Assembly (NCBI GenBank): GCA_937888435.1
Contig: CALAQS010000109.1
Coordinates: forward strand, 26,039-90,038
DNA from: an uncultured Acidobacteriota bacterium
Lineage (GTDB): Bacteria; Acidobacteriota; Thermoanaerobaculia; UBA5066
Direction of reading: 5' to 3'
DNA length: 64,000 bases
Shown here: piece after piece, positions 39,723-49,076 of the stretch
How positions within the stretch are numbered: position 1 is the stretch's first letter
Layout of the letters: each line of letters begins with the position of its first letter
Translations under genes and position numbers: made by a program
The notes under the pieces: model-generated
The model's input: only the letters and a program-made list of their open reading frames with translations
What the model was told of the DNA's origin: nothing
Databases searched by the model: none

Positions 39723-41033
39723 GTGACGACGCCACCGCCGACTTCGCCCGCGCGCACCACCGCCGTGCCCGCGCACGAGGGTTTTTTCGTCTCGGAGTTT
39801 CTCGGCGAGACGGTGCGCGACGTGGCGCGCCACCCCGTCGGAAAAATCTCGGACTTCGCCGTCGCCACGAGCACGCGCGCCCCCTTTCCGCGCGTGACGG
39901 GCCTCCTCATCCGCGACCGCTTCGAGACGTTCGTCCTGCCCTGGGAGGACGTCGCCATCTTCCAGCGCGGCGCCGTGCGCACCCGGCTCGTGAGGGAGGA
40001 CCTCCTGCATCGTCCCGCGCGGGAGGACGAGATCTTCCTCGCGCGCCATCTTCTCGACAAACAGATCGTGGACATCAACGGCGTGAAGGTCGTGCGCGTG
40101 AACGACCTCAAGCTGGACGTGCTGTCGGGCGACCTCGTGCTCACCGCCGCCGACGTGGGCGTGCGCGGCCTCGTGAGGCGGGTCTTCGGCGCGCGTGTCA
40201 CGCCGCGCGGAGGAAGGCTTTCCGACGCATCTCTTCCGGCGCGGCTCATACCGTGGGACTCGATGCAGCCGCTTCACGGGCGCCTCGAGCGTCTCGAGAC
40301 CACGCTGCCCCAGGAGAAGCTCCAGCGGCTCCATCCGGCCGACATCGCGGAGATCCTGAGCCAGGTCTCGGGCACCGAGCGATCCGGCATCTTCCAGAAG
40401 CTGAACGTCGAGACGGCTGCCGAGACGCTGCACGAGATGGAGCCCGAGATCCAGGCGGAGATCATCGAGGACCTGCCCGAGAGGCGCGCCTCGGAGATCC
40501 TCGAGCAGATGCCCGCGGACGAAGCGGCGGACGTCCTCGGCGAGATCGAGGGCGAGCACGCCCGCGACCTCGTCCAGCTCATGGAGAAGGGCGCGGCCGA
40601 AGAGGTCACCGAGCTGCTCGTGCACGACGAGAACACGGCGGGCGGCCTCATGGGAACCGACTTCGTCACGTTTCCGCCGAATCTCTCCGTGCGCGAGACG
40701 CTCCAGCGCCTCAGACCCCTGGCCCGCGACGCCGAGGCTCTCTTCTACTTCTACGTCGTCGACGAGAAGGATCGCGTGCTGGGCGCGCTCTCGGTGCGCA
40801 ACCTCCTCGCCGCCGACGATGACACGCTTCTCGAGAACGCCATGGCGACGCCCGTGCGTAGCGTCACGGCGGACGTCTCGGCCGACGAGGTCGCCGAGAC
40901 GATGTCCAAGTACGACCTCCTCGCCCTGCCCGTGACCGACCCCGAAGGCGTTCTCGTCGGCATCATCACGATCGACGACGTCGTCGACCGACTTCAACCG
41001 CAGCCTCGCCGCCACCGGCGGAGGCTGCGGTGA
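39723..41033 (+). CDS. Soluble MgtE-N domain plus CBS-pair protein (cytosolic Mg2+-sensing module of MgtE without the transmembrane domain).
   Basis: MgtE_N helical domain (LPQEKLQRLHPADIAEIL ... EILEQMPADEAADVLGEI), followed by two CBS motifs ending GIITIDDVVD. The ORF stops right after the CBS pair with no hydrophobic segments. GTG start assumed. Confidence 0.78.
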   Translation: MTTPPPTSPARTTAVPAHEGFFVSEFLGETVRDVARHPVGKISDFAVATSTRAPFPRVTGLLIRDRFETFVLPWEDVAIFQRGAVRTRLVREDLLHRPAREDEIFLARHLLDKQIVDINGVKVVRVNDLKLDVLSGDLVLTAADVGVRGLVRRVFGARVTPRGGRLSDASLPARLIPWDSMQPLHGRLERLETTLPQEKLQRLHPADIAEILSQVSGTERSGIFQKLNVETAAETLHEMEPEIQAEIIEDLPERRASEILEQMPADEAADVLGEIEGEHARDLVQLMEKGAAEEVTELLVHDENTAGGLMGTDFVTFPPNLSVRETLQRLRPLARDAEALFYFYVVDEKDRVLGALSVRNLLAADDDTLLENAMATPVRSVTADVSADEVAETMSKYDLLALPVTDPEGVLVGIITIDDVVDRLQPQPRRHRRRLR

Positions 41034-42322
41034 TCGCGCCGGCCGCCGACACGGCCTCTTCGCGCTCCGAGGTCCGCGGCTGGAAGCGGCGTGTGATGCT
41101 CTTTCTCGCGGTCCTCGGACCCGGGATCATCACGGCGAACGTCGACAACGACGCGGGCGGCATCGCGACGTACTCCATCGCGGGCGCCCACTTCGGCTAC
41201 TCGCTGCTCTGGACGCTCGTCCCCATCACGATCGCCCTCATCGTCGTCCAGGAGATGTCCGCACGCCTCGGCGCCATCACGGGAAAGGGCCTCGGCGAGC
41301 TCATACGCGAGAACTACGGCCTGAGGGCCACGTTCTACCTGCTCGTCGCCCTCCTCGTGACGGACATCGGGAACACGGTCGCCGAGTTCGCCGGCTGGGC
41401 GGCCGCGCTGGAGATCTTCGGGATCCCGCGCTTCGTCTCCGTGCCCATCGGCGCGTTCGTCGTGTGGTGGATCGTCGTGAAAGGGAACTACAAGTCGGTC
41501 GAGAAGGTATTCCTGATCGCCTGCACGATCTACCTGACGTACATCCTGTCGGCGATCTTCGCGAAACCCGTCTGGAAGGACGTCCTCAAGCAGACTTTCG
41601 AGCCCAGGATCGAGTCGAGCGCCGCGTGGATCCTGATGATCATCGGGATCGTCGGAACGACGATCGCGCCCTGGATGCAGTTCTACCTCCAGGCCTCCAT
41701 CGTGGAAAAACGAATCGGCCCGGAGGAGTACAAGCTCTCGCGCTGGGACGTCATCGTCGGCTGCATCCTGACGGACGTGGTCGCGTTCTTCATCATCGTC
41801 GCCTGCGCGGCCACCCTCTTTCCGAAGGGGATTCGCATCGAAGGCGCCGAGCAGGCGGCGCTCGCCTTGAAGCCGCTCGCGGGGAAATGGGCCGGTACGC
41901 TCTTCGCCTTCGGGCTCGCGAACGCCTCGCTGTTCGCGGCCTCCATCCTGCCGCTCGCCACGGCCTATTCCATCTGCGAGGGGCTGGGCTTCGAGGCCGG
42001 TGTGAACAAGACCTGGAGCGAGGCGCCCCAGTTCAATACGCTCTACACGGGCATGATCGTGATCGGCGCCGGCATCATCCTGATTCCCGGGGTTCCGCTC
42101 TTCCCCGTCCTCTTCCTGTCCCAGGTGCTGAACGGGTTGCTCCTCCCGTTCGTCCTCGTGTTCATGTGCCTCCTCATCAACCGCGAGGACCTCATGGGTG
42201 AGCACGTGAACGGCCGCGTGTGGAACTGGGTGGCCTGGGGGACCTGCGTCGTCATGATCGGACTGACGCTGGTCCTCGTCGTCACGTCGATCTGGCCCGG
42301 GCTGTTCCCGGCGAGCCCCTAA
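41030..42322 (+). CDS. NRAMP/SLC11-related transporter with non-canonical metal-site residues (NRMT-like, putative Mg2+ transporter).
   Basis: 11-12 TM helices with NRAMP fold motifs. TM1 has DAGG where canonical NRAMP has DPGN. TM6 has APW where canonical has MPH. GTGA overlap with the upstream MgtE-N/CBS gene. Confidence 0.82.
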   Translation: MIAPAADTASSRSEVRGWKRRVMLFLAVLGPGIITANVDNDAGGIATYSIAGAHFGYSLLWTLVPITIALIVVQEMSARLGAITGKGLGELIRENYGLRATFYLLVALLVTDIGNTVAEFAGWAAALEIFGIPRFVSVPIGAFVVWWIVVKGNYKSVEKVFLIACTIYLTYILSAIFAKPVWKDVLKQTFEPRIESSAAWILMIIGIVGTTIAPWMQFYLQASIVEKRIGPEEYKLSRWDVIVGCILTDVVAFFIIVACAATLFPKGIRIEGAEQAALALKPLAGKWAGTLFAFGLANASLFAASILPLATAYSICEGLGFEAGVNKTWSEAPQFNTLYTGMIVIGAGIILIPGVPLFPVLFLSQVLNGLLLPFVLVFMCLLINREDLMGEHVNGRVWNWVAWGTCVVMIGLTLVLVVTSIWPGLFPASP

Positions 42323-42426
42323 GCACGGGTATGCCCGTTGCTTGCCAACCTGTCGTGTGGCGTGTGCGTCTCATTGCGGGAACACCCATGCGTTCGGCTC
42401 CAAAATCCGGTCTTTCAGGAGGTTTC

Positions 42427-43101
42427 ATGCGTCGTTTCCTCGGCTTTCTCGCTCTCGCCTGCGCCGTTCTGACGCTCGCGGCGCCCGCTTACGCTCAGGA
42501 CCGCACCGGCACGTGGGAGATCTCGCCGTTCGCGGGCGGCTACTTTGGCGGTCGCCTTTACGGCAACTACACGGTTCCCTTCTCGTCCGGCACGGTGTCG
42601 AACGTCCGATTCCTCGAGCCGGACGACGACCTCGCGTACGGCGCACGCCTCGCGTACAACATCACGCGCCATTTCGGCTTCGAAGTCGACTGGACCTCCG
42701 CGCGTGCCGATCTCCGCTCTCCCGACTTCTTCGGCTCCGTTCCGCGACATCTCAACGTCGGGACCCTGCGCCAGAACGTCTACGAGGCGAACGCCCTGTT
42801 CAATTTCGGGCGTCGGCGCGTGATCGGCTACGTCGGCATAGGCGCCGGCAGCGCGGTCGAGAAGCGGGACATCGCCGGCGTCAACCCGGCCGCGACCGGC
42901 CGTTTCACGGCGAATCTCTCGGTCGGAGGAAAGTTCTTCTTCGTCCCGCGCGTCGGGCTGCGCATCGACGGCCGCTACCGCGCCATCGACCTCCGCTCTG
43001 ACGATGGCACCTCCTGTGACCACAACATTTTCTGCGACAACCGGCGGGGAAACTGGTCGTACAACGGAGAGGTCACCGGAGGGCTCGTCTTCGCCTTCTG
43101 A
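42427..43101 (+). CDS. Outer-membrane beta-barrel protein (OmpA-like/OMP_b-brl family).
   Basis: Signal peptide LALACAVLTLAAPAYA. Alternating beta-strand pattern with a terminal aromatic (LVFAF). AGGAGG RBS. Confidence 0.7.
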   Translation: MRRFLGFLALACAVLTLAAPAYAQDRTGTWEISPFAGGYFGGRLYGNYTVPFSSGTVSNVRFLEPDDDLAYGARLAYNITRHFGFEVDWTSARADLRSPDFFGSVPRHLNVGTLRQNVYEANALFNFGRRRVIGYVGIGAGSAVEKRDIAGVNPAATGRFTANLSVGGKFFFVPRVGLRIDGRYRAIDLRSDDGTSCDHNIFCDNRRGNWSYNGEVTGGLVFAF

Positions 43102-43104
43102 GCC

Positions 43105-43542
43105 TCACGGGGAGGAGGGGCGGATTCCCGGAGGCTCGACGTCGATCGTGCGCGACCCGTCGGACTCGATGCGCAGCGCGACGCGCCAGGCCCGCCGTTC
43201 GGTCAACGGCGGACGCGGCCATTCCACCGCGAGAATCGCGCTTTTCCGCTCGTCGAGACCGAGGTCCGCGATCGACGCGCCCGCGAAGACTCGATAGAGG
43301 TCGCCGTGGACGAGAAGGGGCGGCTTCCCCGCCGGCCCGTATTCGTGCACGAGAGCGAAGCTCGGGGACGACACGTCCTCCGGGTCGAGGCCGAGCCCGG
43401 CAGCGATCCCCTTTACGAAGGCAGTCTTGCCGGCACCGAGCTCCCCTTCGAGGAGCACGACGTCGCCGGGCGCGAGACGGCGCGCGAGGCTCGCCCCGAG
43501 GCGCCTCGTTTCCTCCTCGGTTGCCGAGACGTGCGACGTCAC
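43105..43542 (-). CDS. tsaE: tRNA t6A37 biosynthesis ATPase TsaE (YjeE).
   Basis: P-loop GELGAGKT and the conserved SPSF(A/T)LV motif. Confidence 0.85.
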   Translation of the reverse strand: MTSHVSATEEETRRLGASLARRLAPGDVVLLEGELGAGKTAFVKGIAAGLGLDPEDVSSPSFALVHEYGPAGKPPLLVHGDLYRVFAGASIADLGLDERKSAILAVEWPRPPLTERRAWRVALRIESDGSRTIDVEPPGIRPSSP

Positions 43543-45047
43543 CCGCCGACGCTCTCGCGCGCTTCGAAGAAGGCCTCGGAGAGCGCTTCCACGACGTCGG
43601 ACGCCGAGAGCGACTCCTCCCCTCTGACCTCCCGTACGAAGTCACCTGCCATGCCGTGGAGCCAGGCGGCCGCGCAGGCCGCATCGAAGGCGTCGAGGCC
43701 CCGCGCGAGGCACGCCCCGACGACGCCGGTGAGGACGTCGCCCGTCCCCCCCGAGGCAAGCGCGGGGTTCCCAGCGAGGACGGGCACGACCTGACCCGCC
43801 GGCGAGGCCACGAGGGGCCGGAACCCCTTGAGGATGACGACTGCCTTCGCCCGCGAGGCGATCTCGCGCGCTGCGACCTCCCGATCCGCGTTCACGCGCT
43901 CCGCGTCGAGGCCGAGGAGGCGCCCGGCCTCCCCGGCGTGCGGCGTGAGCACGGTGGGTGCGACCCGCGAAGCGAAGTACGCGGCCTCGCCGGCGAGGTT
44001 GAGCGCGTCCGCGTCGAAGACCGCCGGAAGGCGCGCCGCCGCCGTGCGCTGAAGGAGCGCGCGGGCAGCCGTCGACGCGCCGAGCCCGGGTCCGACCGCG
44101 AGGGCGTCGAAACGCGCGACATCGACGTCGGCGCCTGCCGTCGTCGTCTCGGGGCTGAGCGCGTGTACCACCCAACGCACGGAATCCGGCGCGAAAACGC
44201 TGACGAGGCCGGCCCCCGCACGGTGCGCTCCTCGCGCCGCGAGGGCGGGCGCCCCCGCCATGCCCTCGGTGCCTCCCACCACGAGCAGGCGCCCGAACGT
44301 GCCCTTGTGCGCCGTCGCCTCGCGCCGCGGGAAGAGTCTCGCGACGTCCAGAGCGCAGATGGCATCTCCCGCGGTCCCGCTCTCCTCCTCCAGAGGCAGA
44401 AAGCCGATGCCGGCGACGCCAATCCGCCCGCAAAGAGCCGCGGCAGGCAGGCGCACGTGACAGGGCTTCGGGTATCCGAACGTGACGGTGAGGTCGGCGC
44501 GTACGGCGGGAGACCACGGGAGCGGCTCGTCGGCCGAGAGACCAGAGGGCACGTCGACCGAGACTACGAACGACCGCCCTTCCGCGACGAGGCGCACGGC
44601 GCGCGCCGGAAGCCCGTCCGGCGAGATGGGCCTTTTCAGGCCCGTGCCGAAGAGCGCGTCCACGACGAGCGTCGCCGTCCGCAGAGGTTCGAGATCGGCT
44701 TCCTTCGTCACCTCGCGAATCGCCCCTCCTGCCTTCTCGAGGCGCTGGTGGGTCTTTCGGGCGTCCAGACTCAGATGCTCGGGCGCCCCGAAAAGCAGCG
44801 TCTCCACGTTTCCCCCGACGTGCGCCGCCTTGAGAAGGCGCGCCGCCTCGAAACCATCCCCTCCGTTGTTGCCCGGGCCCGCGAGGACGACGATTCGCGC
44901 GCCCCGGGATGCCCGGCGCGCGACGACGCCCGCGATCTCCCGCACGAGCGCCGCGGCGGCCCGTTTCATGAGGACGAGCCCCGGCGTACCGGCCGCGATC
45001 GTCCGCGCGTCCAGGGCGCGGGCAGCCTCCGACGTGAGAACCTTCAC
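43539..45047 (-). CDS. nnr: Bifunctional NAD(P)H-hydrate repair enzyme (epimerase/ADP-dependent dehydratase).
   Basis: N-terminal YjeF_N domain (GPGNNGGDG) plus a C-terminal carbohydrate-kinase-like dehydratase domain (GGTGDVL). Confidence 0.9.
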   Translation of the reverse strand: MKVLTSEAARALDARTIAAGTPGLVLMKRAAAALVREIAGVVARRASRGARIVVLAGPGNNGGDGFEAARLLKAAHVGGNVETLLFGAPEHLSLDARKTHQRLEKAGGAIREVTKEADLEPLRTATLVVDALFGTGLKRPISPDGLPARAVRLVAEGRSFVVSVDVPSGLSADEPLPWSPAVRADLTVTFGYPKPCHVRLPAAALCGRIGVAGIGFLPLEEESGTAGDAICALDVARLFPRREATAHKGTFGRLLVVGGTEGMAGAPALAARGAHRAGAGLVSVFAPDSVRWVVHALSPETTTAGADVDVARFDALAVGPGLGASTAARALLQRTAAARLPAVFDADALNLAGEAAYFASRVAPTVLTPHAGEAGRLLGLDAERVNADREVAAREIASRAKAVVILKGFRPLVASPAGQVVPVLAGNPALASGGTGDVLTGVVGACLARGLDAFDAACAAAWLHGMAGDFVREVRGEESLSASDVVEALSEAFFEARESVGG

Positions 45048-45736
45048 CCGGCGCTCCGCCCGAGCAGCGCGAGAAGCGCGCGTCGCGTCGCGGGGGCGAG
45101 ATCCGGATCGGCCGCGAAAAGGGCCTCCACCCTTCCGAGGTCCGTGATCTCATCGACGTCGGGCACCGTCGAGAGCAGACGCACGCGGTAACCCGTCGCC
45201 TCTGCGGATCTCCTGCAGTCGGCGAGGGCGTGCTCCGAAGACCATCGCACCCCGGCCTGGAAAACGGCGGCCGGATCGACGTTTCCACGCATGCCGACGA
45301 GCGAGAATCCCCCGTCGGGAGCCGGCGCGAATACGACGTCGCTCTTTCCCCCGAGGGCGTCGAAACCCTCGGAGAGATCCTCGACGGTGAGCGTCGGGGC
45401 GTCGCTTCCGGCGATAAGCACGTCGCGCCGCCCTTCCATGCGGGCGCGCACGACGGCGCGCGCCAGACGGTCACCGAGCGAGCCTTCGCCCTGAGGCACG
45501 AGGTCCCAGGGAGGGCGGAAGGTCGCGAGGAGATAGGGACCGGCGTCGAACTCCACGTGCGCGAGCACAGCGTCCCACTGTCCCGGCGCCGTCAGCGAGG
45601 CGGCCAGGTCGGAAAGGAACGCCTCGTAGAGCGACGTGGCGGCCGCGGGCCCGATCTCGCGGGCGAGGCGCGTCTTCACGCGCCCCCTCACGGGCTCGCG
45701 CGCGAACAGAATGAAGCGCTTTGTCGGTGCGTTCAC
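45044..45736 (-). CDS. DUF2064/TIGR04282-family nucleotidyltransferase-fold glycosyltransferase-like protein.
   Basis: N-terminus RFILFAREPVRGRVKTRL matches the family signature. GTG start. Confidence 0.7.
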   Translation of the reverse strand: MNAPTKRFILFAREPVRGRVKTRLAREIGPAAATSLYEAFLSDLAASLTAPGQWDAVLAHVEFDAGPYLLATFRPPWDLVPQGEGSLGDRLARAVVRARMEGRRDVLIAGSDAPTLTVEDLSEGFDALGGKSDVVFAPAPDGGFSLVGMRGNVDPAAVFQAGVRWSSEHALADCRRSAEATGYRVRLLSTVPDVDEITDLGRVEALFAADPDLAPATRRALLALLGRSAG

Positions 45737-45750
45737 GGCCTGGCTTGGCC

Positions 45751-47466
45751 TCACTTCCGGGGTGCGGCCTCCTCGCCGGCGAAGGCCGAGATGAAGACGG
45801 ACTTCTGAAGATAACTCGTTTGGTTCGTGATGTCGTCGCGCACCGCGATCGAGAGCTTCTGGCCGCCCGGGATCATGATGAGTTTCACGCTGTAGACGAA
45901 ATCCTTGCGCGCGAGCGCCTCGAACTCCTTCGCGCTGTACTCGATCGGCTGGGGCTGCGTCGTGAGGTCCGACTGCTTTCCCGCCGAGTCGATGACGACG
46001 AAGTAGAAGACGACGCGGCCGCGCACCTTCGAGCCCTCGGGCAGCATCGCGAGGCGCGAGTAGGGAATCCGGATGACCACCGGGACCGCGAAGTTCTCGC
46101 GGTCGGCCGGGGCGGGCTTCCCGACTTCGAGACCCACGGCGAGGGGATTGTCGTCGCGCGGGAAGAATAGCGCCGAGGTGACCGCCTCGCGCACCTTCGT
46201 CTCGACGCCCTTCTCGAGATAGCTGCGGCGCGCGCGCACGGTCAGCCCCTTCTTCTTCAGCTTGACCTCGACCTTGTGCGGGCGGTCGAGCCCGGTGCGC
46301 AGGCTCCGGTAGCCGATCGAGTAGTACGACGTGTAGTCCTTCTCGATGTTCTTGAGGGCGCCGAGGACGTCGTTCTTGTTCAGGATGGCCTCGCCGCCGG
46401 TTTCCTCGGCCATGAGGCTCAGCATCGACTCGAGGTTGTTTTGCTCGAGGAACGCGTCGATGCGCTGGGACGTGGCGCGGTTCTCGGCCGATATGTTCGA
46501 ATCCACCGTGAGGCCCGCCGCATCGATCGCGTAGATCGACACGCCTGAGGAATTCGCCGCCTGCACGACGGAAAGGTACTTCGTGGTCCGATCGAACTCG
46601 AAAGTCGACATCAGGCCCACGGAGTTGGGGTACTTGTCGGAGATGTACTTCCACAGCTCCGCCCCCGGAGACTGCGGCAGGCCGTCGGAGATGTGGATGA
46701 AAATCTTGCGGCCCTCGACGCCGGCGAGCTGGTTGATCGTCGTGTTCATCGCGTCGATCGTGAAGTTCAGGTCGTTGTCGAGCGACTGGCAGTAGGACCG
46801 CACCCGGCCCGCAGCCTCGTCCGCGGTCGTGGAGTCGTCGATCGCCTTGATCACGTCCCGCCGGTCGGAGAGGTCCTGCTGACCCATGGTGCTCTCGTCC
46901 TCGATCTGCCTGAGGACGTCCGACAGGTCGCGGCCGTCGTTCGTGAACTTTCTCCGGATCTTCAGCGACCGGTTGAACGCGACGATCATGCCCTCGACGT
47001 TGTCCTTGACGTTCTCGCGGACGAAGATCTCGACGTTCCTGAGGACGCGGTTGCGGTTGAACGGCGAGAGGTGAAGACTGTCCACGAAAACGATGATGCG
47101 GGTCCTCGGCATCTTCTCGCGCGCCGGCGCCGGGGCGGGAGCCGGCGCGGGCGCGGGCGCGGGCGGAGTCTCCTCGACGGGCAGGACGAAGCGGCCCTGC
47201 TCCACGGGAGAGAAGTTCGTGACGAGCTGCTCGAGGTTGTCCTCGACGACGATGAAGTCCTCTTTTTTCAGGCCGGTCACCCGGTTCCCCTTCCCGTCGG
47301 TCACGACGACGTCGAGGTTCGTCACGGTGATGCTCTCGCGGGCGACGAATCCTCCCGCCGGCGTCTCGGGCTTGCCGGCGGGAGCCTGGGACACGGCGGA
47401 CGATCCGGCGAGCGCGACGACGAGGAGGAGCGGGGCCCGAAGGAGGAAAGCGGGGCGAATCGACAT
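45751..47466 (-). CDS. Secreted VWA-domain protein (VWFA-related Acidobacterial-type).
   Basis: Signal peptide and a (PA)7 linker. VWA MIDAS-like region (IIVFVDSLHLSP). Resembles the TIGR03436 family from memory. Confidence 0.7.
   Translation of the reverse strand: MSIRPAFLLRAPLLLVVALAGSSAVSQAPAGKPETPAGGFVARESITVTNLDVVVTDGKGNRVTGLKKEDFIVVEDNLEQLVTNFSPVEQGRFVLPVEETPPAPAPAPAPAPAPAREKMPRTRIIVFVDSLHLSPFNRNRVLRNVEIFVRENVKDNVEGMIVAFNRSLKIRRKFTNDGRDLSDVLRQIEDESTMGQQDLSDRRDVIKAIDDSTTADEAAGRVRSYCQSLDNDLNFTIDAMNTTINQLAGVEGRKIFIHISDGLPQSPGAELWKYISDKYPNSVGLMSTFEFDRTTKYLSVVQAANSSGVSIYAIDAAGLTVDSNISAENRATSQRIDAFLEQNNLESMLSLMAEETGGEAILNKNDVLGALKNIEKDYTSYYSIGYRSLRTGLDRPHKVEVKLKKKGLTVRARRSYLEKGVETKVREAVTSALFFPRDDNPLAVGLEVGKPAPADRENFAVPVVIRIPYSRLAMLPEGSKVRGRVVFYFVVIDSAGKQSDLTTQPQPIEYSAKEFEALARKDFVYSVKLIMIPGGQKLSIAVRDDITNQTSYLQKSVFISAFAGEEAAPRK
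47113..47164. repeat. GC hexamer microsatellite (GCGGGC-like x4-5) encoding the (PA)n linker of the VWA protein.
   Basis: Tandem gccggcgcgggcgcgggcgcgggcgg visible on the plus strand. Confidence 0.6.
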
Positions 47467-47505
47467 GGCAGGATTGTACGGGGCGCGCGGATAGAATCCC
47501 GTCCG

Positions 47506-48084
47506 ATGCCATTCCGCGTCCGCCGCCACCTCACTGCCGGGCTTCTCGTGCTCGTTCCGCTCGTCATCACGGCGGTCGTCATCCGCTTCGTCTTCAACGT
47601 GATCGACGGCGCCAGCCAGCCCCTCACCGAGCGCCTCGTGGGCCGGGCCATCCCGGGCCTGGGGCTCGTCCTGACGATCGCCGTCATCTGGCTGACGGGC
47701 CTTCTTTCCTCGAATCTCGTCGGGAAGAAATTCCTTGAACTTTTCGGCCGCCTCTTGGAGAATCTCCCCCTCGTCAAGACGGTCTATACCGCTTCGAAGC
47801 AACTCGTCGAGGCTGTGTCGCCGGGCGGCCGTCGGGCCTTCCAGCGAGTCGTCCTTGTCGAATTTCCTCATAAGGGGACCTTTGCGTTGGGATTCGTGAC
47901 GGGGAACGGCATCGGCTCACTCGACGCGAGCACGCTTTCGGTCTACGTTCCAACGGCGCTAAACCCGACGAGCGGTTTCCTGATATTCGCGAAGGAAAGC
48001 GATATTCTCGACCCCCGCCTCACGGTGGAGGAGGGGATCAAGCTCGTCGTGTCGGGCGGAGTCGTCAGGCCGCACGGGAACTAG
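47506..48084 (+). CDS. DUF502-family membrane protein.
   Basis: Two N-terminal TM helices and a conserved DUF502 core (LVKTVYTASKQL ... VLVEFPHKGTFALGFVTG). Confidence 0.72.
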   Translation: MPFRVRRHLTAGLLVLVPLVITAVVIRFVFNVIDGASQPLTERLVGRAIPGLGLVLTIAVIWLTGLLSSNLVGKKFLELFGRLLENLPLVKTVYTASKQLVEAVSPGGRRAFQRVVLVEFPHKGTFALGFVTGNGIGSLDASTLSVYVPTALNPTSGFLIFAKESDILDPRLTVEEGIKLVVSGGVVRPHGN

Positions 48085-48119
48085 AAGCCTTGCCGGGCGG
48101 TCCAACGGAGCGGCCGGAG

Positions 48120-49058
48120 ATGAGCGCGAAGCGGCGGGAGACCGAAAGGAGTGAACGGGCGATGACGGGAAATCTCACCGGCAGGGGACGAACGGTTCGG
48201 CGGATCGCCGCGGCCGGTCTCGCCGTGCTGTCGCTCGGGGTCGCGGGTTGCGACAAGTTCAAGAGCAAACAGCTCATCCGGGAGGGAAACGCCTACTTCA
48301 AAGAGCAGCTCTACGAGGACGCCCTGAAGAAGTATGAAGCGGCCCAGGCCCTCGATCCGACCGAGGTTCGCCTCGACAAGTTCGTCGCGATGGGCTACAT
48401 GGCCCTCTATAACCCCGGCTCGACGCACCCGAAGGACATCGAGGCGCTGAGCCGGTCGATCGAACACTTCAAGAAATACCTCGCCGCCAAGCCCGACGAC
48501 GACAAGGCCGCGAGGTTCCTCGTCACGACGTATATGAACGCCCAGAAATACGACGAGGCGATCAAGTATTTCAAGGAGCTCGTGGAGAAGCACCCCCAGG
48601 ACTCGCAGGCCGTGCAGACGATCGCGATGCTCTACGCGAAGCAGGGCGACTACGAGAACTCCATCGAGTGGCAGAAGAAGCGCGGCGTGCTCGAGCCGAA
48701 CAACGCCGAAGTGTTCTACACGATGGGTGTCACGGCCTGGGACAAGTCCTACAACACCGTGGGCGTCGACATCTCCCCCGACAAGGGCCTGACGCCCGAG
48801 AAGCGGAAGGAGATCCTGGATTTCGGCATGGCGCAGCTCGACAGGGCGATCCAGCTCAACCCCGACTACTTCGAGGCCATGCTCTACAAGAACCTGCTCT
48901 TCCGGCAGTACGTGCGCATCGAGCCGGACCCCGCTAAAGTCGCGGACCTGAACGCCAAGGCGACCGAGTGGCAGCAGAAGGCGCTCGAGATCAGGAAGAA
49001 GATCCAGGACAAGCAGCGCGCCGAGCAGGCCAGGAAGAATCCGCTCGAGGCGATGTAG
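48120..49058 (+). CDS. TPR-repeat lipoprotein encoded upstream of the TonB system.
   Basis: Lipobox LSLGVAGC. Multiple TPR units (AYFKEQLYEDALKKYEAA, YAKQGDYENSIEW). Confidence 0.7.
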   Translation: MSAKRRETERSERAMTGNLTGRGRTVRRIAAAGLAVLSLGVAGCDKFKSKQLIREGNAYFKEQLYEDALKKYEAAQALDPTEVRLDKFVAMGYMALYNPGSTHPKDIEALSRSIEHFKKYLAAKPDDDKAARFLVTTYMNAQKYDEAIKYFKELVEKHPQDSQAVQTIAMLYAKQGDYENSIEWQKKRGVLEPNNAEVFYTMGVTAWDKSYNTVGVDISPDKGLTPEKRKEILDFGMAQLDRAIQLNPDYFEAMLYKNLLFRQYVRIEPDPAKVADLNAKATEWQQKALEIRKKIQDKQRAEQARKNPLEAM

Positions 49059-49076
49059 GGAGCCAGGAGAGCACGC

